Shown one piece after another: positions 1 through 9,996 of a stretch of 64,000 bases of DNA; within the stretch, counting starts at the first letter, position 1, and each line of letters starts with the position of its first letter. Position numbers and translations under genes: made by a program. Location: contig CAVSRU010000010.1 of the NCBI GenBank assembly GCA_963730535.1, forward strand, positions 6,142 through 70,141. The letters are read 5' to 3'. This DNA comes from an uncultured Solirubrobacteraceae bacterium (GTDB lineage Bacteria > Actinomycetota > Thermoleophilia > Solirubrobacterales > Solirubrobacteraceae). A model generated the notes under the pieces. The model worked only from the letters and a program-made list of their open reading frames with translations, was not told the DNA's origin and searched no databases.

Positions 1-33
1 GCGACCACGTCACCGGTGAGGAGTACGGCGCCC

Positions 34-765
34 TCAGATAGGTTGGTTGCTCGGCAGGATCACGAGGTCGCGGATCGTGACGTGTGGGGGGCGGGTGAGC
101 ATGTAGCCCACGGCGTCGGCGACGTCCTCGGACCGGATGCCCTCCCCGCTCGCGACCTTCTTCTCGATCTCCGCGGAGTCCGAGACGCCCCAGAGGTCGT
201 TGAGCACGACTCCCGGCGCGATCGCTCCCATCCGGACGCCCGTCCCGATGAGCTGGCGGCGGACGCCGTGGACGAACGCCTGCAGCGCGTGCTTGGAGGC
301 CGAGTAGACGGGCTCCCAGTAGATGGCCTGGTGGCCCGACACGGAGCTGGTGACGACGACGTCGCCCGACCCGCGCTCGAGCATGTGGGGGAGGGCGGTC
401 CGCACCGTCCTCACGACGCCCGTGACGTTGGTCTCGATGAGCTGCTCGATGGCGGCGGGATCGCTGTCCCAGAGATCGCCGCCGACGTACACGCCGGCGT
501 TGGCGACGAGCACGTCGATGCCGCCGTGCGTCTCGATCGTGACGGCGACGAGCCGCTCGACGTCCTCGGCCTGCGTCACGTCGGCCACGATCGGCGCCGT
601 CCGCTCGCCGACGGTCGCCACGGCGGCGTCGAGCCGCTTGCGCGAGCGCGCCGCGATCACGACTGTCGCACCGAGACGGTGGACCTCGCGGGCGACCGCC
701 AGGCCGATCCCGGCGCTGGCGCCCGTCACCACCGCGACCTTGCCGGCGAGCGGATCGCCCATCAC
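34..765 (-). CDS. short-chain dehydrogenase/reductase (SDR) family oxidoreductase
   Basis: 243-aa ORF. Rossmann motif TGASAGIG and catalytic YSASK (YxxxK). 4-nt overlap with the upstream aldolase gene. Confidence 0.9.
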   Translation of the reverse strand: MMGDPLAGKVAVVTGASAGIGLAVAREVHRLGATVVIAARSRKRLDAAVATVGERTAPIVADVTQAEDVERLVAVTIETHGGIDVLVANAGVYVGGDLWDSDPAAIEQLIETNVTGVVRTVRTALPHMLERGSGDVVVTSSVSGHQAIYWEPVYSASKHALQAFVHGVRRQLIGTGVRMGAIAPGVVLNDLWGVSDSAEIEKKVASGEGIRSEDVADAVGYMLTRPPHVTIRDLVILPSNQPI

Positions 766-1505
766 GCACCCCTCAGCGCCGCGCGGCGGTAGTGCTCGTC
801 GGGCCGGCCGTGGATGCGGTCGGCGTCTGCGGGCGAGAGCGCCTGCACGCCGCCGGCGGCGAGCGCGCCCGCGAGGACGAGCCCGGCCTTGACGGCCATC
901 TCGGTGATCTGCACGACCTCCTCCGGCGTCTGCCCCAGCGCGAACACGCCGTGGTTGCCGAGGTAGATGACCTTCGGCGGCTCGCCGCCGCGCGCGCTCA
1001 GCTCGTCGCGGACGCGCCGGGCCAGCTCGAGACCGGGATCGACGTACGGCACGTACAGGGGCGACCGCCCGAGCACGACGATCTGGTCCGGGAACAGCAG
1101 CTCGGTCGCCAGCGCCTCGGCGTGGGGGGAGCAGAGGATCGCCAGGACCGGCACCGGGTGCGTGTGGCCGACGGCGGCGGCGCCGCCGACCTCGAGGCAG
1201 ACGGCGTGGAGCATGGCCTCGACGGAGGGGCGGCGCCCGGCCCGGGCCTCGATGTCGGCGAACGCCCGCGCGACGGTCGCGTCATCGGCCTCCGGGTCGT
1301 CGAGCAGCGCGAGCAGCCCGGCGGGCTCGACCTCGACGAAGTCGTCCGCGGTCGCCGAGCCCAGCGACGCGCCGCTCGCCTTGACCAGCATGCGGCCGCC
1401 GGCGGTCCGGATCGACGTGTTGCCCTCGCCGAGGATCGCGAGGTTGCGCGCGGGATCGCCGAGCAGGCGCGAGAGCGCGACGAGGCGTTCGAGCTCGGTC
1501 AGCAC
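762..1505 (-). CDS. class II aldolase/adducin-family protein
   Basis: 247-aa ORF. GNTS...KASG and HTHPVPV metal-binding region typical of class II aldolases. Lies between two SDR genes in the same operon. Confidence 0.85.
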   Translation of the reverse strand: MLTELERLVALSRLLGDPARNLAILGEGNTSIRTAGGRMLVKASGASLGSATADDFVEVEPAGLLALLDDPEADDATVARAFADIEARAGRRPSVEAMLHAVCLEVGGAAAVGHTHPVPVLAILCSPHAEALATELLFPDQIVVLGRSPLYVPYVDPGLELARRVRDELSARGGEPPKVIYLGNHGVFALGQTPEEVVQITEMAVKAGLVLAGALAAGGVQALSPADADRIHGRPDEHYRRAALRGA

Positions 1506-1506
1506 G

Positions 1507-2262
1507 TCAGACCGCCGTGTACGCCCCGTCGATGACGATGCTCTGGCCGGCGAGGTACGAGGACGCGTCCGAGCAGAGGAAGACGACGACCCCGTCCAGG
1601 TCCTGCGGCTCGCCCATGCGCCCGAGCGGGATCATCCCGCGCCAGCGCTCGGCGAGCTCCGGGTTCGCCTCCGTGAACTGCCGCGTCATGTCGGACAAGA
1701 AGTAGCCGGGAGCGATGGCGTTGACGCGCACGCCGAGGTCGGCCCACTCGACCGCGAGCGACTTCGTGAGCTGGTCCACCGCCGCCTTGGAGGCGTTGTA
1801 GGACGTCTGGTGCTGGGGGACGTTCACGACGCGGCCGGACATCGAGGACACGTTGACGATCGCGCCGGGGTGGCCACCGTCACGGCACGCGCGTCCGAGC
1901 GCCTGGCAGCACAGGAACGTGCCCGTGAGGTTGATGTCGATCACCCGTCGCCACGACTCAGGGCTGACGTCGAGGCTGTCCTCCCAGACGGTGACGCCCG
2001 CCGCGTTGACGAGCAGGCTGGGGCTGCCCAGGACCTCCGCGACCCGGGCGAACGCGGCCGCGACGCTCTCGGCCGACGTGACGTCGGCCCTCACGCCGAC
2101 CGCGTCCACGCCCAGCGCCTCGGCGCTCGCCTCGACCTCCTCGAGCAGGTCCAGCAGCCCGACGCGCACGCCGTGCCGGGCGAGCGCGCGCGCCATCGAC
2201 AGCCCGAGCCCCCGCGCACCCCCGGAGACCACGGCCACCTTGCCCGCCAGGTCGTCGAACAC
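1507..2262 (-). CDS. SDR family oxidoreductase
   Basis: 251-aa ORF. SGGARGLG glycine motif and YNASK catalytic motif. Confidence 0.9.
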   Translation of the reverse strand: MFDDLAGKVAVVSGGARGLGLSMARALARHGVRVGLLDLLEEVEASAEALGVDAVGVRADVTSAESVAAAFARVAEVLGSPSLLVNAAGVTVWEDSLDVSPESWRRVIDINLTGTFLCCQALGRACRDGGHPGAIVNVSSMSGRVVNVPQHQTSYNASKAAVDQLTKSLAVEWADLGVRVNAIAPGYFLSDMTRQFTEANPELAERWRGMIPLGRMGEPQDLDGVVVFLCSDASSYLAGQSIVIDGAYTAV

Positions 2263-2301
2263 CCTTCCCTCCTCGGTCGTCTACGCGGCGATCATGACCG
2301 A

Positions 2302-2733
2302 TCACTCGCCGCCGTCGGGCCACGCCACTTCGGTCGGCATGCCGTCGCCGCCCTCCGGCTTCGGCCCGCCCACCGCGATCAGCTCGAGCCCGTCGGGGCC
2401 GGACGCGAAGGCCCGCACGACCGCGGGCGCGATCCGCACGACATCCCACTGGCGGATCTCGCGCACCTCGTCGTCGAGCAGGACACGGCCCGAGCCTGCG
2501 ACCACAACGTACGCCTCCTCCTGCTCGCGGTGGCTGTGGCCCACGGGGTTGCGCGTGTCCGGCGCGTAGCGCCAGTGGCTCACGCCCAGGTCGCGCGACC
2601 CGAGCAACTTGCGGCCGAAGCGCCCTTCCAGGCCTGGCACCTTCCCCTCGACGGAGTCGTCGATCTCGAGCAGGTTCACGATCGCGTAGTCGGGCACGGG
2701 TTTCTCCTTCACGGGAAGTCGGTCGGTGCGCAT
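2302..2733 (-). CDS. cupin domain protein
   Basis: Only the C-terminal 143 codons of the 252-aa listed ORF look coding; ATG at 2733. Cupin motif GHSHREQEEAYVVVAGSG. The upstream part is Arg-rich and overlaps the LysE gene antisense. Confidence 0.8.
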   Translation of the reverse strand: MRTDRLPVKEKPVPDYAIVNLLEIDDSVEGKVPGLEGRFGRKLLGSRDLGVSHWRYAPDTRNPVGHSHREQEEAYVVVAGSGRVLLDDEVREIRQWDVVRIAPAVVRAFASGPDGLELIAVGGPKPEGGDGMPTEVAWPDGGE

Positions 2734-2751
2734 TGTTGCGAGGCTGTACTC

Positions 2752-3354
2752 GTGACCGAGCTCCTGGCCTTCATCGGCGTCGCGGCCGTGGTCATCGTCA
2801 CGCCGGGGCAGGACACGGCGCTGACGATCCGCAACACGCTGGCCGGCGGGCGGGGCGCCGGATGCCGGACGGCGGTCGGCGTGGTGGCCGGCCAGGCGGT
2901 GTGGGCGCTGGCGGCGAGCCTCGGCGTAGCGGCGCTGGTGGTCGCCTCGGAGCCGGCGTTCGTGGCCTTGAAGCTCGCCGGGGCCGCGTATCTCGTCTTC
3001 CTCGGCGGCCAGGCGCTGCTGGCGGCGGCTCGGGGGCGCCCGCACGACGCCGGCGGTCACGGCACGGCGGGCGGGCGGGAGCTGCGGCAGGGGCTGCTGA
3101 GCAACCTCGCCAACCCGAAGATGGCCGTCTTCTTCACGAGCCTGCTGCCGCAGTTCGGGGAGACGTTCCCGGCGCTGCTCGGCCTCGGGCTGCTGTTCTG
3201 CGCGATGACGCTCGCCTGGCTGTGCGCGTACGCAGGAGTGGTGGCCCGGGCCGGCGATGCGCTGCGGCGCCCGCGGGTGCGGCGCACCCTCGACGCGCTG
3301 ACGGGCGGCGTCCTCGTCGCGCTCGGCGCACGACTCGCCACCGCGACGCGATGA
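2752..3354 (+). CDS. LysE/RhtB family amino-acid exporter
   Basis: In-frame GTG at 2752 within the 967..3354 read-through ORF. About 200 aa, multi-TM. PGQDT and NLANPKMAVFF motifs typical of LysE-type translocators. Confidence 0.85.
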   Translation: MTELLAFIGVAAVVIVTPGQDTALTIRNTLAGGRGAGCRTAVGVVAGQAVWALAASLGVAALVVASEPAFVALKLAGAAYLVFLGGQALLAAARGRPHDAGGHGTAGGRELRQGLLSNLANPKMAVFFTSLLPQFGETFPALLGLGLLFCAMTLAWLCAYAGVVARAGDALRRPRVRRTLDALTGGVLVALGARLATATR

Positions 3355-3430
3355 CGAGGCTCAGACCAACAGCGCGACGCTGACGTCGGAGAGCTCCGCG
3401 CTAGGCGGAGCTCTCCGGGCAGTGGGGCGG

Positions 3431-3794
3431 TCAGGCGGCGGTCCGGAGCCCGCGCCTGCGATTCGCGAGCGTCATCGCTCCGCCGCCGGCGAGGAGGACC
3501 ATGGCGAGCGTCCCGCCGGCGCCGAGGCCGGCGTCCTCCCAGTCGATCCCGGCGCCCGAGGGCTCGGCGGCCGGAGCCGACGGCGCCGGGGCCGGCGCCG
3601 GCGCCGGGCACCTTGACGGTCGCGAAGGGCGAGAGGCACTCCTTGGTCGCAGGGTTCCGGCTGAAGTTCTGCGGGCACGGCGGCATCGACTGCTCGATGA
3701 GCGGCTGATGGATGTCGACGAACTTCGCCTGCGCAGTCGGCACTGCGACTGCGGCGAACGCCAGCGCGATGGCCAGCGTGCGGATGAGGCTCAT
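3431..3794 (-). pseudogene. small secreted, C-terminally TM-anchored protein with an apparent 1-nt frameshift
   Basis: ATG 3794 gives signal peptide MSLIRTLAIALAFAAVAVPTAQA plus a Cys-containing domain up to ..ATVKVPGAGAG. The frame then degenerates into Arg-rich read-through antisense to the LysE gene. The +1 frame encodes ..APAAEPSGAGIDWEDAGLGAGGTLAMVLLAGGGAMTLANRRRGLRTAA with a stop at 3431. That frame has no start codon of its own. Confidence 0.6.
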
Positions 3795-3880
3795 GGCTCG
3801 GTGCTCCTGTGGGTTGAAGGGATCCGAGCCGCAACGTTCCCGCCACGCCCTTGCACCCCGCCTACAGCCCGCCGACAGGC

Positions 3881-4786
3881 TCAGCGGTAACCGGTGGCGT
3901 CCGGCGGGCGGCCGGCGTCCTGGACCTCGACGAGGTAGCGCCAGCAGTCGGGCCGGGAGCCGTCGACGTCGGTGAAGCCGTACTCGCGCGCGAGCTCGCC
4001 CGACGAGAACGAGCCGCCGTTGCGGCGGTGGACGTCCGGGTCGGCGGCGAGGGCGGCGACGGCGCGGCCGACGAACAGCGGGCTCTCGGAGATGGCGGCG
4101 AAGTGGGGGTTGGCCCCCTCGCGCCAGTTCGCCTCGCCGACGCCCATCGCCTCCAGCATCATCTCCGAGCGCAGCCAGCCCGGCGTCAGCGCCACCGCCG
4201 TGCCGCCGTGCGGCGCGAGCTCGTGGCCCTGCGCGAACGCGAGCCGCAGGACGGCGCTCTTGACGAGGTCATAGAACGCCGAGTTGCGGTAGTTCGCCGC
4301 GTTGTACTCGCGCGTGCCGTCGGTCATCTCGACCACCAGCCCGCCCGGCCGGCGGATCAGCAGCGGGAGCGCGAAGTGGCTGGTGATGAGGTGGGTGTCG
4401 ATCGCGAGCCGCAGCATCTTCAGGCCGTTGTCGAGGTCGTGCTCCCACACCGGGGTGTCCCACTCGAACAGCCGCTCACCGCCCCAGACGTCGTTGACGA
4501 GCACGTCGAGCCGCCCCTGCTCGGCGTCGATCCGCTCCACGAGCGCGCGCACCGCGTCCGCCTCGAGGTGGTCGACCGCGACGGCGATCCCGGCGCCGCC
4601 CGCGGCGCTGACGAGGTCGGCGGTCTCCTCGATCGTCTCCGGGCGGTCGTACTCCGAGCGCCGCGAGCGGGTGCTGCGGCCGGTGCAGTACACGGTCGCC
4701 CCGGCCTCGCCGAGCGCGACCGCGATGCCGCGGCCCGCGCCGCGCGTCGCGCCCGCGACGAGCGCGACCTTGCCTTCCAGCGTCAT
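3881..4786 (-). CDS. SDR family oxidoreductase
   Basis: Real start MTLEGKVALVAGATRGAGRG at ATG 4786. YDLVK catalytic motif. The listed 403-aa ORF extends upstream into the EamA gene as Arg-rich read-through. Confidence 0.85.
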   Translation of the reverse strand: MTLEGKVALVAGATRGAGRGIAVALGEAGATVYCTGRSTRSRRSEYDRPETIEETADLVSAAGGAGIAVAVDHLEADAVRALVERIDAEQGRLDVLVNDVWGGERLFEWDTPVWEHDLDNGLKMLRLAIDTHLITSHFALPLLIRRPGGLVVEMTDGTREYNAANYRNSAFYDLVKSAVLRLAFAQGHELAPHGGTAVALTPGWLRSEMMLEAMGVGEANWREGANPHFAAISESPLFVGRAVAALAADPDVHRRNGGSFSSGELAREYGFTDVDGSRPDCWRYLVEVQDAGRPPDATGYR

Positions 4787-5655
4787 GGTGCCTCCTGGGT
4801 CGGTGTCCGGACGGCGAGGACCGCCCCCAGCACGAGCGCGCCCCCGGCGAGCTGCGCGCCTCCCAGCGACTCGCCGAAGGCGACGAACGCGAGCGCGACG
4901 GTCACCACCGGCTCGAGCGTCGAGAGGATCGACGCGGCCGCCGGGCCGGCGAGCCGCAGGCCCGCGAAGAAGAGGGAGATGGCCGCGACGGTCGACACGG
5001 CCGCGAGCCCGCCGAGCCAGCCGAAACCCGCCGCGGTCACGGCCGTCGGATGGAGGTCGCCGGCGGCGACGGCACCCAACGTCAGCGAGCATGCGGCGCC
5101 GGTGCAGACGAGCGCGCCGAGCGCCAGCGGGCCGATCCGCCCGGCGACGCCCTGCGAGACGAGGATGTACGCGCTGTAGACGACCGCCGTCCCCAGCGCC
5201 AGCACGGTTCCGACGGGGTCGAGCGCGCCCGCGGCGGCTCCCGCCAGGACGAGCACGAGCCCGGCCGAGGCGAGTGCCAGGGCGAGCGCCGTTCGGCGGC
5301 TCGCCGCCTCACGGCCGAGCGCGACGGCAGCCACGGTGACGATCACGGGATAGGTGTAGACGAGCAGCGAGAGCAGCGAGGCGTCGAGACGGTCGAGGGC
5401 CGCGAAGTAGCCGCCGGCTTGCGCGCCGTAGCCGACCGCGCCGAGCACGAGCGCCATGCCGACGTCGCGCCGGCGCAGCGCCCGCAGGCGCCCGGAGCGG
5501 CGCAGCATGAGCAGCCAGAAGAGCGCGGCCGCGAGCACGAACCGGGTCGTCAGCAGCGTGCCGACGGTCGCGCCCTCGTCGTAGGCGAGCTTGCCGAAGA
5601 TCGCCATCGAGCCGAAGGCGGCAGCGGAGGCGAGGCAGAGCAGCGAGCCGGGCAT
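4783..5655 (-). CDS. EamA/DMT family transporter
   Basis: 290-aa polytopic membrane protein (about 10 TM segments) with EamA-like repeats. ATGA overlap with the downstream SDR gene. Confidence 0.85.
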   Translation of the reverse strand: MPGSLLCLASAAAFGSMAIFGKLAYDEGATVGTLLTTRFVLAAALFWLLMLRRSGRLRALRRRDVGMALVLGAVGYGAQAGGYFAALDRLDASLLSLLVYTYPVIVTVAAVALGREAASRRTALALALASAGLVLVLAGAAAGALDPVGTVLALGTAVVYSAYILVSQGVAGRIGPLALGALVCTGAACSLTLGAVAAGDLHPTAVTAAGFGWLGGLAAVSTVAAISLFFAGLRLAGPAAASILSTLEPVVTVALAFVAFGESLGGAQLAGGALVLGAVLAVRTPTQEAP

Positions 5656-5731
5656 GGCACGCGATGCTGCCGGAGCTTCTCATTAGGAACGACTCCGATT
5701 TCTACACGTGATCCAGTAGCGTTGCTTGTCG

Positions 5732-6661
5732 ATGCTCGACCTCCGGCGCCTCCGCCTTCTCCACGAGTTGCACGCGCGCGGGACGATCGCGGCGGTCGCC
5801 GACGCGCTCCAGTTCACGCCCTCCGCAGTCTCCCAGCAGCTCGCGGTGCTCGAGCGCGAGGCGGGCGTGCCGCTGCTCGAGCCGGCCGGGCGCGGGGTGC
5901 GCCTGACCGACGCCGCGCTCGTCCTCGTGGGCCACGCCGGCGCCCTGCTGGAGCGGGCCGAGGTGGCTCAAGCGGAGCTGGCGGCCGCCGCCGGGCGGGT
6001 GGCCGGGCGCGGCCGGATCGCCTCCTTCCAGTCGGTCGCCCTGCGGCTCGCTGTCCCGGCGATGCAGGCGCTCGCCCGCGAGGCGCCGGCGCTCCGGTGC
6101 GAGCTGATCGAGGCTGAGCCCGAGCAGTCGCTGCCCGCGCTCGCGCTCGGCGATGTCGACCTCGTGCTGGCCGACGAGTGGCAGCACCAGCCGCTCGCGC
6201 GGCCCGCCGGGGTCGAGCGCGAGGACCTGTGCACCGATCCCGTGCGCGTCGTGCTGCCCGCGGACCACCCCGCGGCGCGGCGCCACGCCGCCGCCGTGCC
6301 GCTGGGCGAGCTCGCCGGCGAGGCCTGGGCGACGGGGCACCGCGAGACGGGCTGGGAGGAGATCACCAACCGGACCTGCCGCGAGCTCGGGGGCTTCGAT
6401 CCCGACCTCCGCCACCGCACCAACGACAGCGTCACGAGCCTCGCGCTGGTCGCCGGCGGCCAGGCCGTGACGCTGCTCCCGGACCTCGTGCGGCCCGGCG
6501 CGCACCCCGGCATCGCCGTCCGCGACATCGCCGGGGGCTCGGTGCAGCGGACGATCTTCGCCGCGACCCGCGCCGCCGACGCCGATCGCCCGTCGGCACA
6601 GGCGCTGCTGGCCGCCGTCCGCGCCGCCGCCGCTGACCTCGGCTGGCCCGTTCAGCCGTAG
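5732..6661 (+). CDS. LysR family transcriptional regulator
   Basis: N-terminal HTH ..FTPSAVSQQLAVLEREAGVPLL.. Divergent from the EamA transporter gene, the classic LysR arrangement. ATG 5732; alternative TTG at 5726. Confidence 0.9.
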   Translation: MLDLRRLRLLHELHARGTIAAVADALQFTPSAVSQQLAVLEREAGVPLLEPAGRGVRLTDAALVLVGHAGALLERAEVAQAELAAAAGRVAGRGRIASFQSVALRLAVPAMQALAREAPALRCELIEAEPEQSLPALALGDVDLVLADEWQHQPLARPAGVEREDLCTDPVRVVLPADHPAARRHAAAVPLGELAGEAWATGHRETGWEEITNRTCRELGGFDPDLRHRTNDSVTSLALVAGGQAVTLLPDLVRPGAHPGIAVRDIAGGSVQRTIFAATRAADADRPSAQALLAAVRAAAADLGWPVQP

Positions 6662-8511
6662 ATCTTCGAGCCCTCGACCTTGGCCACGCGGCGCCGGAGC
6701 TTGCGCGACCGGAACGGGACGGTGGCCACGAACAGCGCCCCGGGGACCTCGATCTGCGCCAGCAGGCGCTCGACCACCTCGTCGGGATCGCTGCTCCCCC
6801 AGAGCACGAACTTCTGCCGGACGGCGACCAGGTACGCAGGATGCTCGGCGTCGAGGTGCCGCATACGGCGGCGGACGAGATGGCCCCGCTTGATCTCGCG
6901 GTCCTCGGACAGCACGCGCCGGATGCCGTCGACGACGTCGGCATCGAGCCCGTGCGGCACGAACTGCTCGTCGTCGCCGAGGGCGTTCCGCTCCGCCTCC
7001 GCGGCGTCGAGCAGCTCGCCGTGCGCCCGCGCCCGCTCGACGTAGCGCTGAGCCTCCGGCTCGCGGTCGTGCGCCACGAGGAACTCGTAGGCGAGCTGGC
7101 ACGACGGCAGGACCGCCTCGAGGTCGGCGTCCATCGCGCGATCGAGGTGCTCGAGCCCGTCGTCGTCGCCGCTCTCGAGCAGCGCCATCCCGAGCCAGTA
7201 GTGGGCGACGGGGTGGGCGGGCTCGGCGTCGAGCGCCGCTCGCAGGTGGCGCACCGACTCGTCGCGTTCCTCGAAGCGCGCGGCGAGCTGGCCGGCCTCG
7301 ACATGCTCGGCGGCGCTCAGGTCGTGCCGGGGCCGCAGCTCGTCGTAGCGGGCGCGGGCTGCCTGCGCCTCCTCGTGGCGCTCGCGCCACGGCTCTGCGG
7401 CCAGTGAGTGCCACTCGCGGTCGAAGTGCTCGACGAGCGACTGCTCGTGCGGGCCGAGGAAGGCCTCGGCGGCCGTGGGCTCGGGCCGCTCGCTGCCCAG
7501 CGCCACTGCCTGCTCCGGCTCGACGCCGAGCGCGTTCAGGCGATCGCCGAGCGCGGGATGGGTGTCGCCCGTGTCGGTCTCGCGCTGCAGCGCCGCCTCC
7601 AAGACCTTCTCGGCGTCGCCGCCGGCCGCCTCCGGCAGCTGCTCGCGCAATGCGGTGTACGTGCTGACCGGCGCCTGCGGCTCGCGCTCGGCGCGCTCGT
7701 GCAGCGCCGGCCAGAAGCGGCCGCCGAGCCAGGCGGCCACGGCCTCGCCGCGGACCAGGGCGCCGGCCGCGGCGGTGGTGCTCGCGGCGTCGGCGGACGC
7801 GCGGTCGGCCTCGTACTCATCCTGGCGCGCGAGCGCGAACGAGTAGGCGGCGAAGTACGGCGAGTACCAGGCGAAGAAGCGGCGGAACAGGGCGACGCCG
7901 CGGGAGCGGCGCTGCTCCAGCGCATCGAGCAGCTGGGCGTAGGTCTTGCGCAGCCGGTAGATCCAGCCCGCGAACCGCGAATGGTTGCCCGACAGGTGCC
8001 CGAGCTCGTGGGCGATCACCGCGGTGAACTGCTCCGGCGACAGCGCCTGGAGCATCGGCAGCCCGACGAGCAGGTAGTTGCGCTGCGGTCCTACGACGCC
8101 GAGCCTCGGAACCTGCACGACGCCGGCGTTGAGCGTGTCGTCGAGCAGCAGCTTGTGCACCTTCGGTGCCTTCAGGCGGCGCCGCACGTCGTCGATCGTC
8201 TTCCACAGCTCAGGCGCGTCGTCGCGCCGCAGCTCCAGGCCGTCGGGCGCCGGGACCTTGAACGCCAGCGACCGCACGACCACGAAGATCAGGACGAGCA
8301 GCGGCCAGACGAACTTCAGAAGCACCGGCGACGCGGCGACCGCCACCGCCACGATGCCGCCGGCGCCGACCACGACGAGCAGCAGCATCCCGAGCAGATA
8401 GCCGTACCCGGCGGCGGCCAGGAGGCCGACGCGCACGCGATAACCGCGCGGATTCCGTGCCGCCACGCGCTCGAGCCGCCGTGCGAGCGCGTCCCACTCC
8501 TCCATATTCAT
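6652..8511 (-). CDS. M48 family zinc metallopeptidase with C-terminal helical-repeat region
   Basis: 619-aa ORF. N-terminal TM segments, HELGH zinc motif, TPR-like C-terminal half. Confidence 0.85.
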   Translation of the reverse strand: MNMEEWDALARRLERVAARNPRGYRVRVGLLAAAGYGYLLGMLLLVVVGAGGIVAVAVAASPVLLKFVWPLLVLIFVVVRSLAFKVPAPDGLELRRDDAPELWKTIDDVRRRLKAPKVHKLLLDDTLNAGVVQVPRLGVVGPQRNYLLVGLPMLQALSPEQFTAVIAHELGHLSGNHSRFAGWIYRLRKTYAQLLDALEQRRSRGVALFRRFFAWYSPYFAAYSFALARQDEYEADRASADAASTTAAAGALVRGEAVAAWLGGRFWPALHERAEREPQAPVSTYTALREQLPEAAGGDAEKVLEAALQRETDTGDTHPALGDRLNALGVEPEQAVALGSERPEPTAAEAFLGPHEQSLVEHFDREWHSLAAEPWRERHEEAQAARARYDELRPRHDLSAAEHVEAGQLAARFEERDESVRHLRAALDAEPAHPVAHYWLGMALLESGDDDGLEHLDRAMDADLEAVLPSCQLAYEFLVAHDREPEAQRYVERARAHGELLDAAEAERNALGDDEQFVPHGLDADVVDGIRRVLSEDREIKRGHLVRRRMRHLDAEHPAYLVAVRQKFVLWGSSDPDEVVERLLAQIEVPGALFVATVPFRSRKLRRRVAKVEGSKIYG

Positions 8512-8550
8512 GAGCGAACGGATGCCCGGCGCGCAGCGGGGCCAAACCGA

Positions 8551-9036
8551 TCACCCGCAGCAGGGGCGCCGCTCGTGGCGTGCCCGCCGCGCGGCGCGCG
8601 TCACCCACGCGTTGATGTCGCGCAGGCCGAGCGCGAGCGCGACCGAGACGCGATGGCGGCCGTCGACGACGTAGTAGCCGCCGGGGCCTTCGACGATGGT
8701 GATCGGCGGCAGGCTGATGCCCCGCCGGTGTGCGAGCGCGATGCGCTCCCAGCGCGCCCGTACGAGCTCGGACGCGGGGCGGAAGCCGGCGTCGAAGTGC
8801 AGCGCCGGCTCGACCGTGCCGACGATCGATGCCAGCGGGACGACCTCGAGAATCGGTCGCCCACCGGGGAGCAGGGCGGCGGGGGGAAGCGTCGGCGGAT
8901 GGCCCGGGTCGCGCCGGCGCCGGGCCAGCCAGCGGGCGGCGCGCCGCGCGGCCTGGGCACGCCGCGCGCGCTGGAAGTCGGTCCGCGCGTCGAGCGTCGG
9001 GAGGCCCGTCGCGCGGCTGGTGGGGGAGCGGAGCAT
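8551..9036 (-). CDS. ParB/sulfiredoxin-like N-terminal domain protein (short paralog)
   Basis: 161-aa ORF. Core VPLASIVGTV..FRPAS..RWERIA..RRG..PPI..VVDGRHRVSVA is clearly paralogous to the CDS at 23415..24308. Confidence 0.7.
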   Translation of the reverse strand: MLRSPTSRATGLPTLDARTDFQRARRAQAARRAARWLARRRRDPGHPPTLPPAALLPGGRPILEVVPLASIVGTVEPALHFDAGFRPASELVRARWERIALAHRRGISLPPITIVEGPGGYYVVDGRHRVSVALALGLRDINAWVTRAARRARHERRPCCG

Positions 9037-9069
9037 GGAGTCGACGGTACGGCCGCGGGCGCGGTGGTT

Positions 9070-9930
9070 CTAGAACGAAACGGCCATTCTCGGAGCACGC
9101 GAGCGCAGCAGCGGCATGAACGACGCGCTGTGGTCGTGGCCGGGCCCGCACTGCTCCTCGATCTCGCGCAGGAACGTGCGCGGCGACAGGCCGGTCAGCC
9201 GCCGGCACTCCCGCGCCAGATGCGACTGGTCGGCGTAGCCGGCGTCGGCGGCGAGCCGCCCGAGGCCGTGCGCGACCGGCGTGCCCCGTCTGTGCAGCGC
9301 GAGCTGCGCCAGCGCCAGGAAGCCTTGGAAGCGCAGGATCCGGTGCAGTGTCTTGGGGGCGAGGCCGGTCGCCTCGTGGACCCGGCGGCGCAGCTGGCGC
9401 TCGGAGATCGACAGCTGCTCGGGCAGCGAGCCGACGTCGTGATCCTGCCACGGCATCAGCCGCCGGACGGCCTCGGCGACGAGTGGGTCCGGGCTGCCGG
9501 CCACGAGCAGCCGGTGGGTGAGCTGCTGCTCGAGCACCGCGGCGGCCAGCTCCGGCGTCTCCGCGGCGGCCACGCGCTCGCCGAGCGCCCGCGCGGCCCG
9601 GCCCCACAGCTCGTCGGCGGCGATGGTGCGGTCGCTCAGCTCAGCCGGCGGCGCGCCGAGCAGGAACGGGCCGACGCCGGGCCGCAGGCGCGCACCGACC
9701 ACGACGCTGCCAGACGCGAGGACCGAGACGACGGGCCCCGTCCGCGGGCCGACCAGCTCCGCGTCCGCGCCCACCCGGCACACGAGCTCGACGCTCCCGT
9801 TCGGGACGGTGCGATGCGTGTACGGAGGGGCGTCCGGCGCGACCCGCTGGATCCACACGGCGGACACGACGCCGGCAAGCGCGGGCGCCGGCGCTCGCTC
9901 GTGGTAGCTCTGCTCGAGGATCGGCGCCAT
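9070..9930 (-). CDS. AraC family transcriptional regulator
   Basis: 286-aa ORF. C-terminal AraC-type HTH (..DAGYADQSHLARECRRLTGLSPRTFL..). Divergent from the GH3 gene. Confidence 0.85.
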   Translation of the reverse strand: MAPILEQSYHERAPAPALAGVVSAVWIQRVAPDAPPYTHRTVPNGSVELVCRVGADAELVGPRTGPVVSVLASGSVVVGARLRPGVGPFLLGAPPAELSDRTIAADELWGRAARALGERVAAAETPELAAAVLEQQLTHRLLVAGSPDPLVAEAVRRLMPWQDHDVGSLPEQLSISERQLRRRVHEATGLAPKTLHRILRFQGFLALAQLALHRRGTPVAHGLGRLAADAGYADQSHLARECRRLTGLSPRTFLREIEEQCGPGHDHSASFMPLLRSRAPRMAVSF

Positions 9931-9996
9931 GTCGAACTGAGACCGAGAGGCGCGGCAAAGATCATCGGTGGCGCGCGCACGGCATCATCCCGCCCC

